Assembly: GCA_009859145.1 (NCBI GenBank)
Contig: VRVR01000013.1
Coordinates: 210,786 to 274,785 of the forward strand
Length of the DNA: 64,000 nucleotides
Source: Andalucia godoyi And28
Lineage: Eukaryota; Protista; Jakobida
Direction: 5' to 3'
The notes under the pieces: model-generated
Database searches by the model: none
What the model was told of the DNA's origin: nothing
What the model saw: the letters and a program-made list of their open reading frames with translations, nothing else
Program-made: the position numbers and the translations under genes
Shown: positions 22,429 through 30,844 of the stretch, one piece after another
Layout: the number at the start of each line of letters is the position of its first letter
Numbering within the stretch: position 1 is the first letter of the stretch

Positions 22429-25021
22429 GTATTGTACTTCCCGCACGAAAGCTGCTGCTTTCGCGCATCGTTCCGAATGTTGTGAACATAAACATTTTCG
22501 TGGTTTTCTGAATGAATTCCTTCCAAGTTCATTGCCTACCTCGGCCTCCTTGAAGTCTCACTCCGTTCATATCTCCAAGTATCATACCGACGATGACTGA
22601 TTCTTTTTATCAAAACCGCCTCTCGTGTTCTGACCAAGATGTCTTTGCGTATATGTTGACCAGTTTGTTGCATCGATTGACCTGCTTGGGAGCGGTAACA
22701 AAGCAAGGTCACAAATTGGCTTTCCTGATATGATCAACACTCGCACATTTATTTTAAAATCCTAGGAACAGGTTTTATCACCACACAAATGGGAAAGAGC
22801 GAAGACAATTTCCGTGGAAAGCGGAAGCCGAAGATGGGGGGGTATGTAACAGCACATGTGGAGGGCCCGGAGTCATCAAAAATGGTTTTCAGAATTTTAC
22901 GCATACAGCGACAAAAAAAGCCGTCACGACAGGATCCGCGTGTGCAAGAACCCCTCCTGCGCAGGCAGTTAAGCAGACAATCCAAGGACAAATCGCTCAC
23001 AAACTGCAAGCTGCAGTCATCTCGCCCAGCAACGAAACAGCAGGAAAACACTGAACATTTCCCGGACTGTAAAAACATACGTCTTTGGAGTTGGATCGCA
23101 GACTCCTAAAATACAAAATTAAATTCACGAAGAATCCTGAATGCTCTGTCATGTGCAGATATTCCTGAGTAGTTAAATGAGGTGCCTCTGATTCAAGAAA
23201 GCCCGTTGCAAAGCACTCTCAGAAATTTCATAGCATTTTTCGCTCTCTTTCTTTTAGCAAAGAGAACATCTTCAACCAGAATAAAGCAGACAGGTTTTTG
23301 TGCAGTGAAATCTCAAAGATTCACAGCTATTGAAACGTCGGTGACGACGGATCGACTTTTCCTTAAAAATTCGTCGGAGTAGTGTTTAAATCACAGTATG
23401 TTATCTTCTTGACATTAACACGACATGTTGCAAGCATCGCGGTGATCCGCTGTATTGCAACACCACTGAGTTACTTACTTCCCTGTTCTGCATGTTGCAT
23501 TTCTTGTACAACTTTTTTGACACCTGAATTTCGAAAACTGATTTCTGTGCGACGAATGGGCATCACTGCAAAAAGCTTAGTTAATTTCAAAATGCAGGGG
23601 CGTTGACATCTCTGCGCGGGGATGCCGAGTACTTTCGAAATGCGTTCTTCGTCTGGATTCCGATGCTTCATTCTTTTGTTACGTCGATTTTAAACACCAT
23701 GTGCTTTTCATCAGCTCCTGGGTCTGTTCCGTCCTGATTTTTCGATTTTCCGATTTCCTTTTAGTTGTTGTGCACAGCTTTGTTGAGAAACAGTGTCTCA
23801 ACGGACTGCAATCAACTCCGGCAGGGTACGATCTCATGGATATTCGGTGCCGCATATGATGTGACGTATGTGCAGTATGACGTATATCATGACGGACGCG
23901 TTGACTTTTTTAAATGACGTATGAGGTTTCAGAGGAACAGTACTCCGACTTCATATTTAAGAAGTTGTTTGTTTGTTTGGTTATTTGTTTGTTTTGCTTT
24001 CTTTGTTCTAAATCACATTGACGCAAGCTATCTGTTATTATCCCTGGTCATGTCTTATATTTAATATATAACAATAAGGTTCCCTGTCTTTTAATTCGGA
24101 ACTGTACCCTGATATACATTGTTTCGTTTCATTGTTTCGTGATTATATTTACCATTTGCAAGTTTTTTCACGTATCCTGTGAGGTGGATGCTTTCCGAAG
24201 TGCCCCCTCGCGTAAACTCGGTTCGTGGTGATTTTGTGTCCGTTGTCTTTCTCCAGCATTGTCGACTTGCTAAAAGTTTGGCAGCTCTGTCTATTGTAGG
24301 TCTCTCAGTGATGTTCATTTTCATGCTTCCTTGGATGGTCGAGCCGATTACATCAGTGATGTTCCGTGATATCGTGGACTGTAATTTGGTTGTTGAACGT
24401 ATCAGACTGACGGATTCTTTCGAACAAACTGTTTTTGCTGGTTGCTTCGCCGTGTCGCTTTCCGGATTTGTCCTGTGCGTTCCTCATCTGCAGATTACTT
24501 CCCACTCTGACAAAGCAGAATGGCACTGATTCCGTCAAGAACAGTCAGTGTTTTGACAGTTTTTATTTCCTCTTTTTCCTGTTTACTGCGCATGCCGTTT
24601 TGGAATTTTTGAGCAATACCATTTCTATCAAAGTCGATTCCATAGAACTTCGGCCATTGTCACTCCAACGAATGAGTGCTGATTCTCTGAAGCCCCTTTG
24701 CCAAACATGCTTCCCAATCTGCCTAGCCTGTGCTTGTTGTGTTCTCAGCGGCAACAGACGTGGTGGTACGTTTGTCTTGAGATTAACATAATTGTTATTT
24801 GTTGATTTGCTTGTGGCCCACACTCTGTTTCAAAATGTGTCCTGACGAATTTCCTTGGCCGGTCTCTGGTTTCTTCAATGACCAGCTTCTTATCGGGGGG
24901 GGGGGGGGGGGGGATAGGTTCATCTGCTTTCTTTACTTTGCATCATGCGTATGAGAGGGAAGGAAGACATCATGCTCAAGAGCATGAATCGCCACAGAAG
25001 AAGAACATCTGTCGAAGCGTG

Positions 25022-25504
25022 TTACTCCACGGTCTTTCGGGAATGCAGAACCATTTGCGTGCATCGAAAGAGTGCCAAAGGTTTGTCCATCGCATCATTT
25101 CCAGCAACGAGTACATCCCAAACATGAGTATTTCGTCCATGGTGAAGCAGCGTGCCCACTGCTGTGAGCTCTTTTCCGGCCACTGAACTGCGAAGAAAGT
25201 TTGTTTTCAATTCTATCGTAGTAAAATTGCACCCGAGAGGAATGTGGGCAAAGCACCCAAAACCGGCCACAGAATCTGCAAAACTCACAATCGAGCCAGC
25301 ATGAATGTATCCATTTGGAGCAACATGCTTATCTTGCACCAGCATCCTGCCTTCGATTCTTCCGCTTTCCACTGACGAAATGTGAAAACCGACTTCATTG
25401 CACCAGCCTATCTTCTCTCTTGTTCTAAATTCCGACAGCCATTCCGAAGAGGAGCGGCTAAGAAGGTTTTTGGAATGAGACAAACATCTCCGGAGCACAG
25501 CCAT
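25022..25504 (-). CDS. PaaI-family hotdog-fold thioesterase with probable targeting peptide
   Basis: PNGYIHAGSIVSFADSVAGFG, FTTIELKTNFL, HHGRNTHVWDV, LALFRCTQMVL; R/S-rich N-terminus from ATG 25504. Confidence 0.9.
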   Translation of the reverse strand: MAVLRRCLSHSKNLLSRSSSEWLSEFRTREKIGWCNEVGFHISSVESGRIEGRMLVQDKHVAPNGYIHAGSIVSFADSVAGFGCFAHIPLGCNFTTIELKTNFLRSSVAGKELTAVGTLLHHGRNTHVWDVLVAGNDAMDKPLALFRCTQMVLHSRKTVE

Positions 25505-25831
25505 CTGCTTTAACTCTGGAAACACTCGACTAACGCGGCAGTTCTCGATTTCCGCGTCAAAGCCAAAGGTGAGGAAGGCTGAAAAATCGGGGAGATTTTC
25601 GTTGCAGTTGATACTGAAATTGATGCTGTTTTCGTTGTCAATTTGTCACTGTACCCAAATCACAATCCGTTGTTGCCCAAAAACGGATCGCGGTCCGATC
25701 GCGAAGCCCGCTTTTGTGACCGAATTCCGTTCCGACAAGTGATGAAATTTTCTGCGCCAAGAATTTTGCATTGTTCAGTCATCTGACCATATTCACCTCA
25801 AAATTGCTGTCACCCGACCTTGATCTCTCTT

Positions 25832-28177
25832 ATGAGTTCCTCATCTTCGTCTTCTCGTCGTCGGCTGCCTGAAGGGAGGTTTTTATCAAGCGCACCATTC
25901 TCTTCTGTAGACTTTTTTCAGTCCCACGTGATTGTAGATGACATTGAGAGTGCTGCCGGTAAGAAGACCCTAATTGGACGTCTATGGAAAACGTTCTACA
26001 AAGGGTGTGCATCCATTCATCGTTCGCAATATGTTCTTTTGGTTGCGCTTGGTGTTGTCACTGCGTTGATTTCTCTTGGATTGGATATAATGGTGAATTC
26101 TATGCTTCGTGTTCGGAAATTGTGGGTCAGAGAATTGGATTTTCCGTTCGGATTGATGACGTACATTATAGAATCAGTTTTTTTTGCATGCGTAGCATGT
26201 TGTTTTATCAAGTTTATGGCACGCGAGGCGGCCGGTTCCGGAATTCCTGAGATGAAGTCAATCTTGTCCGGAGTGCATCTGCCACGATTTCTTGACTTTA
26301 GAACTCTGGTTGCCAAGTTTTTTGGGCTGGCGGCAGTATTTATGGCGGGAATCCCGATTGGGAAAGAGGGCCCTATGGTTCACATAGGTTCTTGCGTAGC
26401 GGAGCTCCTGATGCGACATGTGCCCCTCTTTGCAAAGGTGTATCGATCAGAATTTGTCAGGTATCAAATATTATCTGTCGGCTGTGCAATTGGCATTGCA
26501 ACAACATTCGGATCTCCATTTGGAGGAGTCCTTTTTGCTTTGGAGACCACCGCTACATATTTCCTTGTTTCAAACCTCTGGAAAGGTATATTGTGCACGA
26601 CTTCTGGTGCCGTGCTTTTCTTTATTCTGAAGAACATCGCCGACCACGATCAGATGCTGAATCTCCTTCCTGCCTATATCCCACCCAAACCTTATGAGCA
26701 GCAAGAGTTGTTACTTTTCGCCTTTCTTGGGCTGTGCGGTGGCCTGCTCGGTGTCGGCATTGTGTTGACTATGCGCCAGTTTCTCCGAATCAGACGTATC
26801 TGGTCTCCTATCAAAGAAAGCATATTTGGAATCACTATTTTTGCCACCATTGCTTGCGCATTGCTCACATATCCTTTTGTGTTTATGCGAGGTACGACGC
26901 AACCTGAATTCATCTCTGCCATGCTTGCCAATCATCTTCCTGCAGAGTACTTGGATCCCAACAAGTTCCTGAATTTGGGCATCTTGTTTGTCGTCCAGTT
27001 CTTCTTAGTTACCCTGTGTGTTTCACTGCCCATACCGTTGGGAGTGTCTCGACCGGCTTCTTTGCTTGGTGCAATTATGGGTCGCATGATTGGCGAGTTC
27101 ATGATGGATTATTTCCCGTGGTATTCGACAGCGATTACACCTTCCACCTACGCCTTGGTAGGTGCCACCGCCTGTGTTGCGTCCACGGCCCGGACCTTGT
27201 CAACAGCAGTGGTAATTTTTGAATCCACTGGACATCTTGAAATGTTATTGCCTGTCTGCGTTGCCGTCACGATTGCCTATTTAGTGGGAAATGTATTTGT
27301 TCTTTCCTGCTATGACACCGTCATCGAGCTTCGTAATCTTCCATTGATGACCGAGCCACAACCATCAAAGCAGTTTTCTCGTGGAATTGCAACGGATGTT
27401 ATGATCAGACACCCGGATATCTATTTTCTAACACTGAAATCAACATTTCGCGATGTCGAACGTCTGCTGACTTCATCGCAACATTTTTCGTATCCTGTCG
27501 TTGTTTCGGATGTTGACATGACGCTCGTTGGACTGGTTCAACGCTTTCATCTAGAAAACATGATCGAAGAATTTCAGAATCTTCACTTAGATGGCAAAGC
27601 CAAGTTGGAACGAATCCAGTATGTGGAAGGTCAAATTCAAAGTTATGTGTGGGAGACTTTTCGTCCGTTGGACTCGGTAGAAGTGCCCTCCACTTCCGCT
27701 GAGGAGATGGTAGTTGATCCGTCATTTTCAGGACGTTCGGTACCTCGATCTGTTGTTGACAAGGCCCTCACAGGGCCAAAGTTGGAAACAACAGACGAGG
27801 TTGTGGAATCCCAGCATTCGTTAATGAATTCTGAAGAGCAGAAGGATGATGTGGAGCGTGGTCTCCAAACGAATGCTAAAGATGAAGAAGAAGTTGCCCT
27901 CGATCGAACGATTCAAATTCAGTTTGAAAGAGAATTTCGTGTCTTGCAGTATCTTCGTGAAAATCGATATCTCTCTTCGAAACGGACAATCGACGTTCGG
28001 TGTGGCGTCCCGATTGACTTGGCACCGTTTGTCATGTCAGAACGGTCTCCATTGTACAAGATGCACTTTGCCTTCGCGATGATGGGCGTCAGTCATGCAC
28101 TGATCGTCTCAGCAGGAAAATTGATTGGAGTAGTAACAAAGAAGGATTTGTTGAGCTTTATGAAAGCAAAAAAGTAG
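25832..28177 (+). CDS. CLC chloride channel/transporter with CBS domains
   Basis: GSGIPE, GKEGP(MVH), GGVLFALE, SCYDTVIELRNLP; CBS segments YPVVVSDVDMTLVGLV and LIGVVTKKDL. Confidence 0.96.
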   Translation: MSSSSSSSRRRLPEGRFLSSAPFSSVDFFQSHVIVDDIESAAGKKTLIGRLWKTFYKGCASIHRSQYVLLVALGVVTALISLGLDIMVNSMLRVRKLWVRELDFPFGLMTYIIESVFFACVACCFIKFMAREAAGSGIPEMKSILSGVHLPRFLDFRTLVAKFFGLAAVFMAGIPIGKEGPMVHIGSCVAELLMRHVPLFAKVYRSEFVRYQILSVGCAIGIATTFGSPFGGVLFALETTATYFLVSNLWKGILCTTSGAVLFFILKNIADHDQMLNLLPAYIPPKPYEQQELLLFAFLGLCGGLLGVGIVLTMRQFLRIRRIWSPIKESIFGITIFATIACALLTYPFVFMRGTTQPEFISAMLANHLPAEYLDPNKFLNLGILFVVQFFLVTLCVSLPIPLGVSRPASLLGAIMGRMIGEFMMDYFPWYSTAITPSTYALVGATACVASTARTLSTAVVIFESTGHLEMLLPVCVAVTIAYLVGNVFVLSCYDTVIELRNLPLMTEPQPSKQFSRGIATDVMIRHPDIYFLTLKSTFRDVERLLTSSQHFSYPVVVSDVDMTLVGLVQRFHLENMIEEFQNLHLDGKAKLERIQYVEGQIQSYVWETFRPLDSVEVPSTSAEEMVVDPSFSGRSVPRSVVDKALTGPKLETTDEVVESQHSLMNSEEQKDDVERGLQTNAKDEEEVALDRTIQIQFEREFRVLQYLRENRYLSSKRTIDVRCGVPIDLAPFVMSERSPLYKMHFAFAMMGVSHALIVSAGKLIGVVTKKDLLSFMKAKK

Positions 28178-28887
28178 AATGAATCTGACAAATTTCATTT
28201 TGCCATTCCAATCAACGACGGTCTCACGAGCGTATCCAAAGGTCTGGTTTTGTAAGTGGGTGGTTCGATAGATACAAATTATGGAAATAAGGATATGAAA
28301 ATCAGAAACAAACAAACAAAGCTATCAGATAGAAAAACCGTAAAACACGTACCTGTTTCTGTAGAAGTCTTTTCTGCAAATGGAGCCCATGCTTGGAAGC
28401 GAAGAAAAGTATGTGTAGATCAAAAGAAGCGACAGAGGAACATTTAGCAGACCGCACAAAGAGCGGATCATATCATCATTGCGAAAAACAACAGCACTCG
28501 AGAGGCAAATTAAAAGCAGCAAGGAGACGGTATAGAACAAGAAATTCATGCTGGTCAAAGACGACGACTTGGGGCTCACTGCTGCAGACCGGCGGATGAA
28601 TTAAAAAGAAGGAATCTGGCAAAAGAGGAGGAGGGTGTTGCATTTGTTATTTGCCCTGTTTTCGCACAGAATGCAGGCTCCAGTTTCTTGTGCGTACTGT
28701 AGTGCCGAAGGTCGTTCTTCCCCAGACAGAGATCGAAACCTTTATTTCATTTTTTGAAAAAATTTTCGATTTTGCTTTTAACCCCCTCCACCCACCAGGG
28801 CTGCCTTTGAATGTTGAGCAGGTTTTTTTTTGTTTAGTAATCTTGATTTTTTGTCTGCACTTTGGACTTCAATGGAAATCACCGAAG

Positions 28888-30171
28888 ATGGTCGATCATG
28901 AAGGAATAATGACAAAAGAGGGTGGTCGGTACAAGTCCTGGAAGAAACGCTACTTTGTTCTTGCCGGTCCGTTTTTGTTCTATTTCAAAGCTCCTGTGGA
29001 TTTTTACGGGGACTCTTTGCCGATGGCGCAAGGTTCTATTTATTTGCCTCCGCATACTCGTGTAGATATAGTGGATTCTTACAAGAAGACGAAATTCTGT
29101 TTCACCCTCAGCGTATCTAAAGATGTCCGGATGTACTACTTGGATGCTTTAACAGCTGATGATCGGCGGAAGTGGACGGAGAAAATCCTGCACAATGCCG
29201 TCCATTGCCAAGAATCTTGGTGCAACTTGTTCGAATCGCATGTCTTCATAGCAGGTTCTCCAAAGAGCGGCAAAACCAGTTTACTAAAGCGGTTTGTGAC
29301 AGGCTCCTTTGTGCATGATCCGAGTAATGCCAATACCGCCGGGAATGTCAATTCTAACAGTTCTTCTGGCGTTAACTCCAATATTGGAAACAACAATAGC
29401 AATCAAATTGCAGCTTCCGATCAAATAATGCAAAAAAGAATACAACTGCCCGACAGCATGTCTGTGGTGGCGACGTTCTATGACAAAGCCCGTCCATTCG
29501 TCTCTGCTGCTGAATTGCTCACGGAATTAGAGACCAGATACGAGAAGTCTCGAGCTGCTCTCTCTAGCAGCTTTGCCGTCCCTATTCCGGGGAATGGTGG
29601 TGGTGGGTTACCGAGCGCTTCTCCGTCGCAGTCTCCTTCGTCAAATTCGTACTCTTCAACGTCCCCAATGTCTAACCCTCTCGCGGTTTCACATTCACCC
29701 CCTTCGAGGGCTCTTTTGGCTTCGCTGCTTGCTCCAGAAGTCAAGGAAGATGCTCACAATCCTTTATTCACTGAAGAAAACGCTCGAGCTTACGATATTC
29801 GTTGGTGCACAGTCTTGCTTGTTTTTGATCTCACGGACATTCACTCATTTCGGTACATTCAAAGGTTGTCTCGGGATTTGCGAAAGAGTCTCACAAAAAG
29901 CGGACAGCAATTGTCCATGATGATTGTGGGCACAAAGTCTGATCTGACAGATGTGCGTTGTGTGAATTCGGTGCTCGTCCAGTCTTTCGCCGAGAGAGAG
30001 CTGGGTCGCGACGTTCCGTACATCGAGGTTTCTTCCAAATCTGGTCGCCAAATTGAAGAATGCTTCCAAGTACTCGCGGACTACGTTTCGCGAACAGGAT
30101 TTGCTCGCCACGTTCCCAGGTGTGAGGATGGGACTTCCAATCCATCGGAGGAACAGTCGGACGAAGACTGA
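28888..30171 (+). CDS. PH domain + atypical Ras/Rab-like GTPase domain protein
   Basis: PH: HEGIMTKEGGRYKSWKKRYFVL...DRRKWTEKI. GTPase: G1 GSPKSGKT, LLVFDLTD..SF, G4 GTKSD, G5 EVSSK; G3 degenerate. ATG at 28888. Confidence 0.85.
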   Translation: MVDHEGIMTKEGGRYKSWKKRYFVLAGPFLFYFKAPVDFYGDSLPMAQGSIYLPPHTRVDIVDSYKKTKFCFTLSVSKDVRMYYLDALTADDRRKWTEKILHNAVHCQESWCNLFESHVFIAGSPKSGKTSLLKRFVTGSFVHDPSNANTAGNVNSNSSSGVNSNIGNNNSNQIAASDQIMQKRIQLPDSMSVVATFYDKARPFVSAAELLTELETRYEKSRAALSSSFAVPIPGNGGGGLPSASPSQSPSSNSYSSTSPMSNPLAVSHSPPSRALLASLLAPEVKEDAHNPLFTEENARAYDIRWCTVLLVFDLTDIHSFRYIQRLSRDLRKSLTKSGQQLSMMIVGTKSDLTDVRCVNSVLVQSFAERELGRDVPYIEVSSKSGRQIEECFQVLADYVSRTGFARHVPRCEDGTSNPSEEQSDED

Positions 30172-30288
30172 TAATAAATGTATTTCCGGAAATGATTAGT
30201 TTTGTGTTGTTGAGTTGTTTTACTCCAGATATAGTGTGGACTGTCGTGCAGAGAGAGGACAAACCTCTCCTTATCGAAACATTCAACA

Positions 30289-30443
30289 ACCGCTCGCCAA
30301 AGCATGAATCATTATTGGTCATCGGCTAAGCTGTCACCGAAGACAGATCCAAGCCACATGTTTTTTTTGTTTTTGCTTTTTATTTGGGGCGAGCATCAAC
30401 TCTTCAATGCAGATTGCTTTACATCAAAGGGATATCGCAACCA
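30289..30443. repeat. About 155-bp dispersed repeat, copy 1 (copy 2 at 47964-48117)
   Basis: Both copies share accgctcgccaa...atcggctaagctgtcaccgaagacagatccaagccacatg...tcgcaacca with few substitutions. Confidence 0.92.
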
Positions 30444-30517
30444 ACATACTCCCCCCAATCGATTCAGCATTCAATAAATGAACGTCGGAGGAAACAGACT
30501 GTGGTGGCGGCGTTGCA

Positions 30518-30810
30518 CATCGATCACATCTTCGTGATTTGATCATCAACTTGCATCGGCAGATTCACAGCCGGACGACGGACATGCATCGCAAGCTTGC
30601 AAAATGGCTGTGTGAGGGAGTATGACTGCATTCTATTTCCGCAATTCGACACTGACGTGCGGCCACTTCCAGTTCCGCCAGAGACTGCTGCACAAGGTGA
30701 GGGAGTACGCGGGGCTCGAGGTCCACATCGTCACCGAGGAATACACATCAAAGATGTGTGGCCAGTGCGGGGCAATCCATGCGAAGCTCGGAGGATGAAA
30801 GGTTTATCTC
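30518..30810 (+). pseudogene. Fanzor2/TnpB-like pseudogene fragment (RuvC-II and zinc-finger region)
   Basis: Frameshifted translation: LHRQIHSRTTDMHRKLAKWLCE / EYDCILFPQFDT / HFQFRQRLLHKVREYAGLEVHIVTEEYTSKMCGQCGAIHAKLGG*KVY; contains a stop, frameshifts and an internal deletion. Confidence 0.88.
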
Positions 30811-30844
30811 GAGAGGCTGTACAAAAGAGAGGAAGAAATGCCGA

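Noticed and set aside
9668-22446. Many 60-176 aa ORFs overlapping the dynein gene, and similar ones over other long genes
   Set aside because: Shadow frames of long GC-balanced coding sequence with no independent motifs.
28325-28579. 84-aa hydrophobic ORF between the CLC and PH-GTPase genes
   Set aside because: Could be a small membrane protein but no family recognised and AT-rich DNA yields such frames by chance.
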